Shown: positions 30,460-40,995, numbered from the stretch's first letter. The stretch: DNA of 54,064 nt from Candidatus Lustribacter sp. (GCA_036008105.1 DASYOE010000392.1:1-54064); one strand, 5' to 3'. Numbers and translations are program-made. Notes: a model not told the origin generated them from the letters alone.

Positions 30460-31427
30460 TGGCCGAGTCCGGCGTTCCGCTCGACATCGCGCCGCGCATC
30501 GCGGCCGCATTGGCCCGCGGTCAGGCCGTCGTCGCGCTGGAGACGACGATCGTCACGCACGGCATGCCCTACCCGCAGAACGTCGAGACGGCGCTCGAGG
30601 TCGAAGCGCTGGTGCGCGCGAGCGGCGCCGAACCGGCCACCATTGCGATTTCCGGCGGTGCCGTCCGGATCGGGCTCGAGCCCGACGACATCCGCCGTTT
30701 GGCCGCAACGCCCAACGTGCGCAAGGTCAGCCGCGCGGATCTGCCGTTTGCGGTCGCCACCGGGGCCGCGGGCGCAACGACGGTCGCGGGAACGATGATC
30801 GCCGCGGCACTGGCCGGTATCGGCGTGTTCGCGACCGGCGGCATCGGCGGGGTCCATCGCGGCGCCGAGAATACGTTGGACGTCTCGGCCGACCTCGACG
30901 AACTCGCGCGCACCCCGGTCGCGGTGGTGTGCGCCGGAGCGAAGGCGCTGTTGGACCTGCCCAAGACGCTGGAGGTGCTCGAGACGCGCGGCGTGCCGGT
31001 GATCTGTTACCGCAGCGACGACTTTCCGGCGTTCTGGAGCCGCAGCAGCGGACTGCGCGCGCCGCTGCGCCTCGATACCGCGGCGGACATCGCCGCCGCC
31101 ATCCGCGTGCAGCGCGCGCTCGGCTACGGCAGCGGAACGCTGATCGCAAACCCGGTCGATGCGGCCGATGAAATTCCAGCCGGTGAGATCGCCGCGCACA
31201 TCGACGCGGCCGTCGCGGCCGCGCAACTGACCGGTATCAAAGGCAAGGACGTCACACCGTTTCTCCTCGACCGGCTGTTGGATCTGACCGGGGGCCGCAG
31301 TTTGACGACCAACATCGCCTTGATTAAGAACAACGCGCGGCTTGCGAGCGCGATTGCGGTCGAGCTTGCGGCAGCGGGAGGCTTCGGGCACTTCCAACGA
31401 AACCCGGCACCCCATGGACGCGCCTGA
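30459..31427 (+). CDS. psuG: pseudouridine-5'-phosphate glycosidase
   Basis: '[18 protein letters not shown]', '[28 protein letters not shown]', 'DVSADLDEL' and '[26 protein letters not shown]' (IndA/PsuG family). Confidence 0.93.
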   Translation: MAESGVPLDIAPRIAAALARGQAVVALETTIVTHGMPYPQNVETALEVEALVRASGAEPATIAISGGAVRIGLEPDDIRRLAATPNVRKVSRADLPFAVATGAAGATTVAGTMIAAALAGIGVFATGGIGGVHRGAENTLDVSADLDELARTPVAVVCAGAKALLDLPKTLEVLETRGVPVICYRSDDFPAFWSRSSGLRAPLRLDTAADIAAAIRVQRALGYGSGTLIANPVDAADEIPAGEIAAHIDAAVAAAQLTGIKGKDVTPFLLDRLLDLTGGRSLTTNIALIKNNARLASAIAVELAAAGGFGHFQRNPAPHGRA

Positions 31428-33045
31428 CAATCACTCCGCGTGGGTCGCGCTCGAAGCGCACTACGCCACGATCCGCACGACGCACATGCGCGAGCTCTTC
31501 GCGCAGGATGCCGGGCGCGGCGAGCGGCTCAACGCCGAAGGCGCCGGCATTTTCCTCGATTACTCGAAGAACCGGATCACCGACGAAACGCTGAAGCTGC
31601 TGCTGAACCTGGCTGAGGCCTCGAACCTCCGCGGGCGCATCGAGGCGATGTTCTCCGGTGAGAAGATCAACGTTTCGGAGAATCGGGCCGTGCTGCACGT
31701 CGCGCTGCGCGCCCCGAAGGGCACGACGATTCTCGTCGACGGGAAGAACGTCGTCCCCGAAGTGCACGACGTCCTCGACAAGATGAGCGCGTTCGCCGAC
31801 CGGGTGCGCAGCGGCGCGTGGAAGGGCCACACCGGCAAACGAATCCGCAACGTGGTCAACGTGGGCATCGGCGGTTCCGATCTGGGCCCGGTGATGGCCT
31901 ACGAGGCGCTGCGCGCGTACAGCGATCGCGGCATGACGTTCCGCTTCGTCTCGAACGTCGACGGCACCGACTTCGCCGAGGCGGTGATCGATCTGGACGC
32001 GGCCGAGACGCTGTTCGTCATCTCATCGAAAACGTTCACGACGCTCGAGACGATGACCAACGCGCAAACGGCGCGCGCGTGGCTGTTGAGCAAACTCAAG
32101 AGCGACGCGACGGCGATTGCGAAGCACTTCGTCGCCGTCTCGACCAACGCGCCCGAAGTCGAAAAGTTCGGCATCGACACCGCCAACATGTTCGGTTTCT
32201 GGGATTGGGTCGGCGGCCGCTATTCGATGGACTCGGCGATCGGGCTGTCCACGATGCTGGCGGTCGGCCCCGCGCACTTCCGGCAGATGCTGCTCGGATT
32301 CCACGAGATGGACGAGCACTTTCGCACCACCCCGTTCGCGGCCAACCTGCCGGTGCTGATGGCGCTGCTCGCGATCTGGTACAACGATTTCTTCGGCGCG
32401 CAGACGGTCGGCATCATGCCCTACGAACAGTACCTCAAGCGCTTCCCGGCCTATTTGCAGCAGCTCACGATGGAAAGCAACGGCAAACACGTCCAGCTCG
32501 ACGGCAAGCCCGTCGAGCACGACACCGGCCCGATCTACTGGGGCGAGCCCGGCACCAACGGGCAGCATTCGTTCTACCAGCTGATCCATCAAGGGACGCG
32601 CTTGATTCCGTTGGACTTCATCGCGTTCGTCAAGACGCTCAACCCGCTCGGCGCGCATCACGATATCCTCATCGCCAACGTGATCGCGCAGGGCGAGGCC
32701 CTGGCGTTCGGCAAGACGCCCGAGCAAGTAAAGGCCGAAGGCACGCCGGACTGGCTCGTGCCGCACCGGGTCTTCGAAGGCAACCGGCCCTCGAACACGC
32801 TGATGCTGGACGAACTCACGCCGGCCGCGCTCGGCAAGCTGGTCGCGCTGTACGAACACGCCGTCTTCGTGCAGGGCGTGATTTGGAACATCGATTCGTT
32901 CGACCAGTGGGGCGTCGAACTCGGGAAAGCGCTCGCGCAGAAGATCATTCCGGAACTCGACGCCACGCAGGGCGAGATGGGCGCGAAGCTCGCGCACGAC
33001 AGTTCCACCAACGCCCTCATCAGCCGCTACCGCACGCAAAAGTAA
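31414..33045 (+). CDS. pgi: glucose-6-phosphate isomerase
   Basis: ATG at 31414 lies in the frame of ORF 31342-33045 and overlaps the psuG 3' end by 14 nt. Motifs: '[12 protein letters not shown]', '[20 protein letters not shown]', '[12 protein letters not shown]', '[11 protein letters not shown]' and '[18 protein letters not shown]'. Confidence 0.95.
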   Translation: MDAPDNHSAWVALEAHYATIRTTHMRELFAQDAGRGERLNAEGAGIFLDYSKNRITDETLKLLLNLAEASNLRGRIEAMFSGEKINVSENRAVLHVALRAPKGTTILVDGKNVVPEVHDVLDKMSAFADRVRSGAWKGHTGKRIRNVVNVGIGGSDLGPVMAYEALRAYSDRGMTFRFVSNVDGTDFAEAVIDLDAAETLFVISSKTFTTLETMTNAQTARAWLLSKLKSDATAIAKHFVAVSTNAPEVEKFGIDTANMFGFWDWVGGRYSMDSAIGLSTMLAVGPAHFRQMLLGFHEMDEHFRTTPFAANLPVLMALLAIWYNDFFGAQTVGIMPYEQYLKRFPAYLQQLTMESNGKHVQLDGKPVEHDTGPIYWGEPGTNGQHSFYQLIHQGTRLIPLDFIAFVKTLNPLGAHHDILIANVIAQGEALAFGKTPEQVKAEGTPDWLVPHRVFEGNRPSNTLMLDELTPAALGKLVALYEHAVFVQGVIWNIDSFDQWGVELGKALAQKIIPELDATQGEMGAKLAHDSSTNALISRYRTQK

Positions 33046-33054
33046 GGAGAACGA

Positions 33055-34074
33055 ATGCAACTCGGGATGATCGGCCTCGGCCGCATGGGCGCCAATATGG
33101 TGCGGCGCCTGATGCGCGGCGGACACACGTGCGTGGTCTACGACCGCAGCGCCGACGCGGTGGCGGAACTGGGCAAGGAAGGCGCGACCGGTTCGAGCGC
33201 GCTTAAAGATTTCGTGGCCAAGCTCGAGAAGCCGCGCTCGATCTGGTTGATGGTTCCGGCCGGCGTGACCGATGCGAGCATCAACGATCTCGTGCCGCTG
33301 CTCGAGAAGGGCGACTGCATCATCGACGGCGGCAACTCGTACTACATCGACGACATCCGCCACGCGAAGGAGCTGAGCGCCAAGGGCATCGACTACGTCG
33401 ACGTCGGTACGTCGGGCGGCGTGTGGGGGCTCGAACGCGGCTACTGCATGATGATCGGCGGACCCGATGCGGCGGTGAAACGGCTCGACCCGATCTTCAA
33501 CACGCTCGCGCCCGGTATGGGCGACGTCGCTCGCACGCCGGGCCGGCCGGCGAACAAAGGCACGGCCGAGCGCGGCTATCTGCACTGCGGTCCGAGCGGC
33601 GCCGGTCACTTCGTGAAGATGGTGCACAACGGCATCGAGTACGGCATGATGGCGGCGTACGCCGAAGGTCTGGGCGTCCTGAAATCGGCGAACATCGGCA
33701 AGAAAGCGGGCGCGGAACACGACGCGGAAACGACGCCGCTTCGCGATCCCGAGAACTACCAGTACGATCTCGACCTCGGCGAGATCACCGAAGTATGGCG
33801 GCGCGGCAGCGTCGTCGCGTCGTGGCTGCTCGACCTTACCGCGCAGGCCTTCGTCACCGACGCCAACCTCTCGAAGTTTGCCGGCCGCGTGTCGGACTCG
33901 GGCGAAGGCCGCTGGACGATCAAAGCCGCGATCGACGAAGCGGTGCCCGCGCCGGTGCTGACGGCGTCGCTCTACGCGCGCTTCAGCTCGCGCGGCGAAG
34001 CCGACTTCCAGAACAAAGTGCTCTCGGCGATGCGCTTCGGCTTCGGGGGACACTTGGAAACGCCGAAAAGTTGA
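33055..34074 (+). CDS. gnd: 6-phosphogluconate dehydrogenase, short (decarboxylating, Gnd-like) form
   Basis: '[19 protein letters not shown]', 'IDGGNSYY', '[19 protein letters not shown]', '[24 protein letters not shown]' and '[14 protein letters not shown]'. Confidence 0.88.
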   Translation: MQLGMIGLGRMGANMVRRLMRGGHTCVVYDRSADAVAELGKEGATGSSALKDFVAKLEKPRSIWLMVPAGVTDASINDLVPLLEKGDCIIDGGNSYYIDDIRHAKELSAKGIDYVDVGTSGGVWGLERGYCMMIGGPDAAVKRLDPIFNTLAPGMGDVARTPGRPANKGTAERGYLHCGPSGAGHFVKMVHNGIEYGMMAAYAEGLGVLKSANIGKKAGAEHDAETTPLRDPENYQYDLDLGEITEVWRRGSVVASWLLDLTAQAFVTDANLSKFAGRVSDSGEGRWTIKAAIDEAVPAPVLTASLYARFSSRGEADFQNKVLSAMRFGFGGHLETPKS

Positions 34075-35249
34075 TGCGGCGCATCCTCGCGTCACTCGCC
34101 GCGGCGCTGCTGCTGGCGAGCGCGTCGCCGCGCGCGATCGGCGCGCCCGACCCGTACGAGATCTACGCGGTGCTGCCGGTCACGGGCGGTGCCGCGTTCC
34201 TGGGCAAAGCGGAAGCCGTGGCGCTTCAGGTGTTCGCGGACGATTTCAACCGCACCGGCGGGATAAAGGGTCAGCCGCTGCACGTGACCGTGCTCGACGA
34301 TCAAACGAACCCGCAAGTGGCGGTTCAGTTGACGAATCAAGCGCTCGAGAAGCACCCGGCCATCGTCATGGACGGCGGCCCGGCCGCGACGTGCCGCGCG
34401 ACCGCGGCGCTGATCGCCAACGGCCCGTTGCAGTACTGCCTGACGCCGTCGATCCATCCGGCAACCGGCAGCTTTCAGTTTTCCGCGCTCTACTCATCCG
34501 ACGACATCCTGGCGGTATCGATGAACTATCTGCGCGCGCGCGGCTTCAAGAAGATCGCCGTGCTGAACGGCACCGATGCGACCGGACAAGATGCCGACAC
34601 GATCTTGCAAGCGCTGATCAAGCAGCCCGCCTACGCGAATGCCGGCATGTCGTTCGTCGCGTACGAACACTTCGGCCTCACCGACATCAGCGTCGACGCG
34701 CAACTTTCGCGGATTAAAGCGGCGGGAGCGCAAGCCTTCATCGCGTTCACGACCGGCACGGCAACCGGCACCGTTTTGCACGGGATGCAGAACATCGGGC
34801 TCGATATTCCGATCGTCAGCTCGCCCGGGAACATGTCCTACGCGCAGATGGAGTCGTACAAGTCGGTCGTGCCCAAGGAGCTGCTCTTCGCCGGTCCGCC
34901 GGCGCTGGTGCCCGATCAGCTGACCGATCGCGGCGTGCGCGATGCGGTCGCGCGCTTCACGGCGGCCTTCAAAGCGGCCAACGGTCAACGCCCCGACTTG
35001 CTCGCGGCGGTAGCGTGGGATCCGATCAGTTTGATGGCCGGAATCCTCGCCAAGCGCGGCGCCGGTGCGACGCCCGAACAGCTGCGCGCCGACATTGCCG
35101 GAACGAAAGATTGGGCCGGCACGCTCGGGCGCTACAACTTCGTCACGACGCCGCAGCGCGGCATCTCGGCCAATTGGGTCATCATGGAACGCTGGGATGC
35201 GGACAAAGACGCCTGGGTCGCGGTGAGCAAACCGGGCGGCGGCGTTTAG
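34074..35249 (+). CDS. ABC transporter substrate-binding protein, Leu/Ile/Val-binding (type I PBP) family
   Basis: ATG at 34074 lies in the frame of ORF 33423-35249 and shares 1 nt with the gnd stop. It has a signal peptide '[24 protein letters not shown]', then 'YAVLPVTGGAAFLGKAE...FNRTGGIKGQPLHVTVLDDQTNP'. Confidence 0.82.
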   Translation: MRRILASLAAALLLASASPRAIGAPDPYEIYAVLPVTGGAAFLGKAEAVALQVFADDFNRTGGIKGQPLHVTVLDDQTNPQVAVQLTNQALEKHPAIVMDGGPAATCRATAALIANGPLQYCLTPSIHPATGSFQFSALYSSDDILAVSMNYLRARGFKKIAVLNGTDATGQDADTILQALIKQPAYANAGMSFVAYEHFGLTDISVDAQLSRIKAAGAQAFIAFTTGTATGTVLHGMQNIGLDIPIVSSPGNMSYAQMESYKSVVPKELLFAGPPALVPDQLTDRGVRDAVARFTAAFKAANGQRPDLLAAVAWDPISLMAGILAKRGAGATPEQLRADIAGTKDWAGTLGRYNFVTTPQRGISANWVIMERWDADKDAWVAVSKPGGGV

Positions 35250-36226
35250 GCGTCCGCGATCGCGTCTTCGAACTCGTCCTTGTCGCGCGGGTGCGCGGCG
35301 TCGAAGGCCTTCTTGAGATGCGCGATCGACTGATCGATATAGATCTGCGTCGTCGCGATATTGGCGTGGCCGAGCAGACGCTGAAGCGATGACACGTCGC
35401 CACCGCCTTCGATGAAGTGGGTGGCGAACGAGTGGCGCAGGGCGTGCGTCGTCGCGCGATCGATGCCGCTCTTCGCGGCGTAATCCTTGACGATCTGCCA
35501 CACCTGGCGCAAGCCGAGCCGCGCGTTGCGGTTGCTGAGGAAGAAGGCCCGGTCGTTCGAGGCCGGCCGCACGTGTTTGTACTGTTGCATCGCCACGACC
35601 GACGCTTCGGTCAAGGGCACCATGCGGCGCTTGTTGCCCTTGCCGGTGACGACCGCGACCCGCGCGCCGAAGTCGACGTCGTCGAGGTTCAGGCCGGCGA
35701 GTTCCGCGCGCCGGATGCCGCTGCCGTAGAGCAGTTCGATGATCGCGCGGTCGCGCGGCGCCAAGCTCACGCCGCCCGGCCGTTCGACGCGCGTCTTGAT
35801 CATCGAGGCGACTTCCGGCATGCGCAACACCTTCGGCTTGCGCTGCTCGGCCTTCGGCAGTTCGACGTCGAGCGCGGGCTGGTCGGTGCGGATGCCCTCG
35901 CGCCGGAGAAACGTGTAGAACGTGCGCAGTGTGCTCAGGTTGCGACGCACGGCGACCACCTTGTAGCGCCGGACCGTCATCAGGAAGAGCACGTACTTGC
36001 GAATGTCGCTCGCCGACGCGTCGCGGAGCTTCGGAAAGACCCGTCCTTCGCCGTCGCCGGCAAGGTAGCGGCCGAAGTGCTCGAGGTCCCGCGCGTAGGC
36101 TTCCATCGTGCGGCTCGACCGGTTCTTGCGCAGCAGATCCGCGACGAAGTCCGAGATCAGCGGATCTTCGGGCAGATAGAACTGGTCGCCGCCGGTTGCC
36201 CAAGCAGTCCTGGCCGCAGCTTTCAT
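35246..36226 (-). CDS. tyrosine site-specific recombinase, XerC/XerD type
   Basis: The N-terminal core-binding domain contains 'TMEAYARDLEHFGRYL'. Catalytic region: 'GSGIRRAELAGLNLDDVD', 'VTGKGNKRRMVPL', 'HALRHSFATHFIEGGGDVSSLQRLLGHANIATTQIY'. Confidence 0.9.
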   Translation of the reverse strand: MKAAARTAWATGGDQFYLPEDPLISDFVADLLRKNRSSRTMEAYARDLEHFGRYLAGDGEGRVFPKLRDASASDIRKYVLFLMTVRRYKVVAVRRNLSTLRTFYTFLRREGIRTDQPALDVELPKAEQRKPKVLRMPEVASMIKTRVERPGGVSLAPRDRAIIELLYGSGIRRAELAGLNLDDVDFGARVAVVTGKGNKRRMVPLTEASVVAMQQYKHVRPASNDRAFFLSNRNARLGLRQVWQIVKDYAAKSGIDRATTHALRHSFATHFIEGGGDVSSLQRLLGHANIATTQIYIDQSIAHLKKAFDAAHPRDKDEFEDAIADA

Positions 36227-36245
36227 ATCAGGATTCTACACTATT

Positions 36246-37892
36246 TCATGCTATTATGGGCGGTTTCGCCCCGATCGCGCCGGCCAGAACCTCGACCGCA
36301 TCGGCCGCCGTGTCGCCGCGCCACGCGATGTGGTGGTCCGGGCGCACGAGCACTGCGGGCGCACCGTAGAGCTCGCGCACCTGCGGATCGTCCGAACGCA
36401 CGACGGTCAGCGGAAGATGAAGACGCTCCGCCGCGGCTCCCCATACGTCAGGTGGTGACGGCTCGAGCAACAGCAGGGTGAAGTCGCGGCCGAAGCGGTC
36501 GAGCAGCGAGCCGGTACCCGCGCGAACGTGCGGCGCGCGGGCACCGGGATATCCCGACGGCACGTAGCGGTTCGGCACATCGGGCGGCGGCGCTCCGGTT
36601 TCGCCGGCCACGATCGGGCTCGTGTAACGCACGCCCAATTGCAAGCCGGGAATGTTGAACTCGCTCGCAACGTGCGCGGCCAACGCCGCGCCCAGTTGCA
36701 CGCGCGCGGCATCGGCTTCCGCACCGTTCTGCTCGACCAGCGGCGTCACCGGAATGTGCCCGATGCTGTCGGCCATACTGCCCGCGAACGTCGTGTTGCG
36801 CAGCGCGATCGGGCGGCGCTCGGCCTCATAGGTATCGAGCAGCGATTCGGGCGCCCAGCCCTGCACGACGGCCGCGAGTTTCCAGCCCAGATTGACCGCG
36901 TCGTCGATGCTCGTGTTGTAGCCCATCCCGCCGGTCGGCGTGAAGAGATGCGCCGCATCGCCGGCGACGAGCAGCCGGCCGCCGCGAAACGCATCGGCGA
37001 CCAAGGCGTAGCCCGCGTGCCACGGGGTCTTCGCGATCAGGTCGTAATCGAACGGCGCACCGACGGCCGCCGCGAGCACCGCGCGTTCGTCGATGTCCTC
37101 GGGGGTTTGCGTTTCGGACATCTGAATCATCAGCACGAACGTGTCGACGCCGTCGATGCTGCACAGGAGCGCGCGCTGCTCGGGGTTCACCGCCCAGTAT
37201 TGCCACGCACGGCCTTTGCCGAGCACGTCGCACAGTTCGGACGAACGGAAATAGAGCGACAGCATCTGCCCGCCCATGAACTCTCGCTTAGCGTTGCCCT
37301 GTCCGCTGTATGCGGTTCCCATCGCGCGGCGCACGAGGCTGCGCGGGCCGTCGCAGCCGATCGCGTAGGCGGCGACGAGTTCCGTCGTCGCGCCGGTCCG
37401 CACGTCTTGCGCTTCAACCTGCACGTCCTCGCCCCGGTCGTGCACGGCGACGACGCGTTGACCGAAGCACATCCGCACGCTCGGGTAGCGTTCGGCCTGC
37501 GCCTTGAGAATCGGTTCGATGTACATTTGCTGAACGCGGTGCGGCAACTCCGGCGTCGGCCACGCTTCCTCACGGTAGTCGCCGAACACGACCTGCGCGG
37601 CCGCTTGGCTCGATGAGGGAATGCGAAAGCGCGTCAGCTCGTGTTTCGCCAAGCGCGTCGTGTAGATGATGTCCTGCGGATGATCGGGCGGCAGCCCGAG
37701 CGCGCGCACTTGATCGGCGAAGCCGCGCCGCCGGTAGTGTTCCATCGTTCGCGACGACGTGGCGTTCGCTTTCGGCAGCTGCGGCGGGCTGGTGTTTTCA
37801 TCGAACACCACGCACTCGACGCCGCGCACGCCCAGTTCGATCGCGAGCATCAGCCCGGCCGGTCCGCCGCCGACGATCGCAACGCCGTTCAA
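36246..37892 (-). CDS. FAD-dependent aromatic-ring monooxygenase (PheA/TfdB-like)
   Basis: 'VAIVGGGPAGLMLAIELGVRGVECVVFDE' (GxGxxG), 'GCDGPRSLVRR' and 'LVAGDAAHLFTPTGGMGYNTSIDDAVNLGWKL'. It also has the C-terminal thioredoxin-like extension typical of the phenol-hydroxylase group. Confidence 0.88.
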   Translation of the reverse strand: MNGVAIVGGGPAGLMLAIELGVRGVECVVFDENTSPPQLPKANATSSRTMEHYRRRGFADQVRALGLPPDHPQDIIYTTRLAKHELTRFRIPSSSQAAAQVVFGDYREEAWPTPELPHRVQQMYIEPILKAQAERYPSVRMCFGQRVVAVHDRGEDVQVEAQDVRTGATTELVAAYAIGCDGPRSLVRRAMGTAYSGQGNAKREFMGGQMLSLYFRSSELCDVLGKGRAWQYWAVNPEQRALLCSIDGVDTFVLMIQMSETQTPEDIDERAVLAAAVGAPFDYDLIAKTPWHAGYALVADAFRGGRLLVAGDAAHLFTPTGGMGYNTSIDDAVNLGWKLAAVVQGWAPESLLDTYEAERRPIALRNTTFAGSMADSIGHIPVTPLVEQNGAEADAARVQLGAALAAHVASEFNIPGLQLGVRYTSPIVAGETGAPPPDVPNRYVPSGYPGARAPHVRAGTGSLLDRFGRDFTLLLLEPSPPDVWGAAAERLHLPLTVVRSDDPQVRELYGAPAVLVRPDHHIAWRGDTAADAVEVLAGAIGAKPPIIA

Positions 37893-38380
37893 CCGTCGCT
37901 CGTTTCCGCGCCGGCTTCGATGGCGGTGCGCAGCGCGAGCAAGTCCGCTCGCAAGCGCACGTAATTCTTCGCTCCGACGATCTGCTCGAAATCGGCCTCG
38001 ATGCGTTCCGCCGCGCGGCGGGTTACCGTCATGAGGCGCCGTCCGCGCGCGGTGAAGCGCACGATCTTCGCGCGCTTGTCGGACGCGTCGGTCTCGAGTT
38101 CAACCAGGCCGAGTTGCCGGCAGTCCTCGACCAGTTGGCCCATCGCACCCTTCGTGACGCCGGCGCGCTCGGCCATGACGACGATGCGGGTGCCGCCGCG
38201 GTAGTCGATGTGCCGTAAGGCGTTGAGGTGAACCGCACGTACGTCCTTGAAGCCGGCCGCATGATAGCCCGCCAGCATCTGCGACTCGAACGCGAAAAAC
38301 GCGAAATGAAGTAACCGGCCGAGGTTGTTGTGACGCCACGCGTGCGCGGCGTCCGGCCCGAGCCCCTCGAACTCAGACAT
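37889..38380 (-). CDS. MarR-family transcriptional regulator
   Basis: 163 aa with a winged-HTH region: 'VMAERAGVTKGAMGQLVEDCRQLGLVELETDASDKRAKIVRFTARG'. 4-nt overlap with the monooxygenase gene. Confidence 0.88.
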   Translation of the reverse strand: MSEFEGLGPDAAHAWRHNNLGRLLHFAFFAFESQMLAGYHAAGFKDVRAVHLNALRHIDYRGGTRIVVMAERAGVTKGAMGQLVEDCRQLGLVELETDASDKRAKIVRFTARGRRLMTVTRRAAERIEADFEQIVGAKNYVRLRADLLALRTAIEAGAETSDG

Positions 38381-38395
38381 CGTTGCTCCTCGACA

Positions 38396-38411
38396 ATAGT
38401 ATAACTACTAT
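38396..38411. promoter_or_regulatory. operator-like palindrome ATAGTA-TAAC-TACTAT upstream of marR
   Basis: This perfect 6-bp inverted repeat with a 4-bp spacer lies in an AT-rich patch about 15-30 nt upstream of the marR start codon (38380). The position fits MarR autoregulation. Coordinates are +/-1. Confidence 0.45.
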
Positions 38412-38446
38412 ACCAATCTATCGGGCCCGGTCAAGGGCGCGGCGCC

Positions 38447-39055
38447 TTACTTCGTCGCGATCAGGTCGATCAGCGCGGAGGGCCCGCCGTGGCCTTCACC
38501 CTCTTGGATCTCGGCATCGTATTCGGTGATCTCCACCCGGCTGAAATCGCCGAAGCCGGCTTCGAGGTGCTCGCGCGTGTAGAGGCGCTCGAGATCGGCC
38601 GGACCGCCGGTGCCGAACTCCAGTTGGCGCGGCGGATAACCCTCGAGCAGAAGAAGCCCGCCGGGCTTGAGGGCGCGCCGGATACCGGCGAATTGCCGCA
38701 TGCGTTCGAGGGGCTGAGCGAAGATCGCGACGATTACGTCGAACTCGTCGGCCGGCCATTCCCAGGTCGAAATGTCGACCTGCAGCGTCGTGATCGTCAC
38801 GCCGCGCGAGGCCGCCAGCGCGCGGGCCTTGGTCTGGGCCCGAGCGGAGAAATCCATCGACACGACGTCGAGGCCTTGCTCGGCGAGCCACACGCCGTTG
38901 CGCCCTTCGCCATCGGCGATCGAGAGCGCGCGGCCGTGTTTTGGAAGCCGGTCTTTCTGTCGCGACAGAAAGGCGTTGGGCGCGGTGCCGAACAGGTAGC
39001 TCTCGGGAGCGTACCGCCCTTCCCAGCGCTCGAATTCGGCTTGGTTCGCGACCAT
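38447..39055 (-). CDS. class I SAM-dependent methyltransferase
   Basis: Met108 of ORF 38447-39376 is the start (TGATG junction with the FAH gene stop). Motif I is 'ALSIADGEGRNGVWLAEQG'. 'LKPGGLLLLEGY' follows. Confidence 0.8.
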   Translation of the reverse strand: MVANQAEFERWEGRYAPESYLFGTAPNAFLSRQKDRLPKHGRALSIADGEGRNGVWLAEQGLDVVSMDFSARAQTKARALAASRGVTITTLQVDISTWEWPADEFDVIVAIFAQPLERMRQFAGIRRALKPGGLLLLEGYPPRQLEFGTGGPADLERLYTREHLEAGFGDFSRVEITEYDAEIQEGEGHGGPSALIDLIATK

Positions 39056-40017
39056 CAGCGTTTCGCTACGATGTTCGCGGCGAGCGTGCCGATCTGCGGC
39101 GAGCGGTGCTCGACGTGGTCGCCGGGTTTCAGAAAACGCTCGGGCGCCGCGACACCTTCGGGCGAGCGCGGGCTCGAATCCGCCGCCGTTCCGGCCGCCG
39201 TCCCGCCCGAGATCATGTCGCCTGGATAGAACGTGAGGTCGGCCGAGAGATACTCGAGATAGTCCGCGAACGACATGATCATATCGCGCGTGTTGTAGGC
39301 TTGGCGGCGATCGCCGTTGACGAACGTTTCGACATCGACGTTGCTCGGGTCGATGTTCTCGCCCGCGACGATGCACGGCCCGACCGAATACGAGCCGTCG
39401 AAGTTCTTCGCCATCGCGTACTTGAAGTGCGCGTTGCCCTCGTTCTGGTCGCGAATGCTCCAGTCGCCGAACAACGTGACGCCCCAGACGTACGGCTTGA
39501 TGTCGCCCTTGAAGTCTTTGACGGTTTTGCCGAGGACGATCGCGAGTTCGCCCTCGTAGTCGAGGCGGTGCGTGCGCGCCGGATAGATGATGTCGCCGCC
39601 GAGCGGCGCCGCATCGCGACCGACCTTCCAGAAGCCCCAGATGCCGCGTTCGCGCAAGCGCTCGGTGATCGTCTTGATGTCGGCACCGGCGAACGCGGCG
39701 TTGCCCGTCCGCGCGGCCATCGCCGCGGTGTGGTCGGCGAAGTTACCGCCGGCGCATGCGATGCGCGCTCCCGGGACCTGCGGCGGATGCAGCACGGTGC
39801 CGGCCGCCGGCACGCCGCTGCTCGCCGCCGCGACCAATCCCGCCGCTTTGGTGAGCGCGGCGTCGCCGCCCTCGATGAAACTCTTCAGATCGGCCGCCAC
39901 CGGAGCGAGATCGACGATAAAATCGTTCTTCAGCGCGCCTACGCGCTTGTCGGGTCCATAAACGACAATTTTCACAAAACGCCGCGTTCGAAGGGGTTCT
40001 CCCAGCCCCTGCTCCAA
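39055..40017 (-). CDS. fumarylacetoacetate hydrolase (FAH) family protein
   Basis: 'DYEGELAIVLGK', 'GVTLFGDWSIRD', 'AKNFDGSYSVGPCIV' and 'FYPGDMISGGT'. The start is more likely the GTG at about 39975 ('VKIVVYGPDKR'), because the TTG at 40017 leaves only 32 nt before the divergent gene. Confidence 0.86.
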   Translation of the reverse strand: MEQGLGEPLRTRRFVKIVVYGPDKRVGALKNDFIVDLAPVAADLKSFIEGGDAALTKAAGLVAAASSGVPAAGTVLHPPQVPGARIACAGGNFADHTAAMAARTGNAAFAGADIKTITERLRERGIWGFWKVGRDAAPLGGDIIYPARTHRLDYEGELAIVLGKTVKDFKGDIKPYVWGVTLFGDWSIRDQNEGNAHFKYAMAKNFDGSYSVGPCIVAGENIDPSNVDVETFVNGDRRQAYNTRDMIMSFADYLEYLSADLTFYPGDMISGGTAAGTAADSSPRSPEGVAAPERFLKPGDHVEHRSPQIGTLAANIVAKR

Positions 40018-40049
40018 CGTAATCCGCCATCCTTAGCGGAGGAGGCTCG

Positions 40050-40982
40050 ATGAAGCGTTATCTGATCGTTCTCATGGCCTTGGCGCTCGCGTTGATCGCG
40101 GCGCCGGCGACCTCGCAAACGAAGGACAAGATCACGGTTGCGTTTCCGCCCGTCGATCCGGGCGCCGAAGTACTCTACGCCTACGACATGGGGTTCTTCG
40201 ATAAGGCGGGCCTCGACGTCACGTTGGACCCCTTGGGGAACGGCGGCGCCATCACGGCCGGCGTGCTCGGCGGCTCGATCGACATCGGCATCGCCAACGT
40301 AATCTCGATCGAGACCGCGCATACCAAAGGGCTGCCGCTGTCGATCGTTGCGGCGGGCGCAGCCAACGTCCGCAGCGCGCCGTCGAACGTGTTGATCGTC
40401 GCGAAGAACTCACCGCTGCAGAAGGCCAGCGACCTCAACGGAAAGATCGTCGCCACAACCCCGCTGCACGGAATCGGCGACTTGCTGATCTCGGCCTGGA
40501 TGGACAAGAACGGCGGCGATTCCACGACCGTGAAATATATCGAGGTACCGTTCCCGCAAGCCGCGGGCGTCGTGACGCAGGGCCGGGCCGACGCGTCGCT
40601 GAGCGTCGAACCGTTCATCACGCAATCGAAAGCCGACACGCGCGTCATGGCCGACCCGTTTGCCGTGCTCGGCGACAACTACCTCATCACCGCGTTCTTC
40701 GCGGCGTCGGCATGGGCACAAGCGCACCCGACGATCGTCGCCCGCTTTGCGGCGGTAATGCGCGAAACGGCGGATTGGGCCAACAAGAACCAAGCCAAGT
40801 CGGCCGAGATCCTGGCCAAGTATGGGAAGCTCGATCCGGACATGGTGAAGCAGACGATTCGCGCCCGCTATGCGACGACGCTCACGCCGGCCGAACTGCA
40901 ACCAACGATCGACACGGCCGCTCATTACAAGTATATCGACAACGGCTTTCCGGCCCAAGAACTGATTTTTCAAACCAAATAG
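40050..40982 (+). CDS. NMT1/THI5-like (NitT/TauT-family) ABC substrate-binding protein, paralog 1
   Basis: Sec-type signal peptide '[24 protein letters not shown]'. It shares blocks with the three paralogs: '[22 protein letters not shown]', 'HTKGLPL', 'DLNGK' and '[20 protein letters not shown]'. Confidence 0.8.
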   Translation: MKRYLIVLMALALALIAAPATSQTKDKITVAFPPVDPGAEVLYAYDMGFFDKAGLDVTLDPLGNGGAITAGVLGGSIDIGIANVISIETAHTKGLPLSIVAAGAANVRSAPSNVLIVAKNSPLQKASDLNGKIVATTPLHGIGDLLISAWMDKNGGDSTTVKYIEVPFPQAAGVVTQGRADASLSVEPFITQSKADTRVMADPFAVLGDNYLITAFFAASAWAQAHPTIVARFAAVMRETADWANKNQAKSAEILAKYGKLDPDMVKQTIRARYATTLTPAELQPTIDTAAHYKYIDNGFPAQELIFQTK

Positions 40983-40995
40983 AAGAAGTGACGAA

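Noticed and set aside
35246-36226. Tyrosine recombinase as a marker of a prophage, ICE or genomic island.
   Set aside because: Its domain layout and motifs are XerC/D-like. There is no adjacent tRNA, no flanking direct repeats that I could find, and there are no phage, conjugation or transposase genes. Neighbouring genes have host-like composition. I retained only the weaker idea of a core/accessory boundary.
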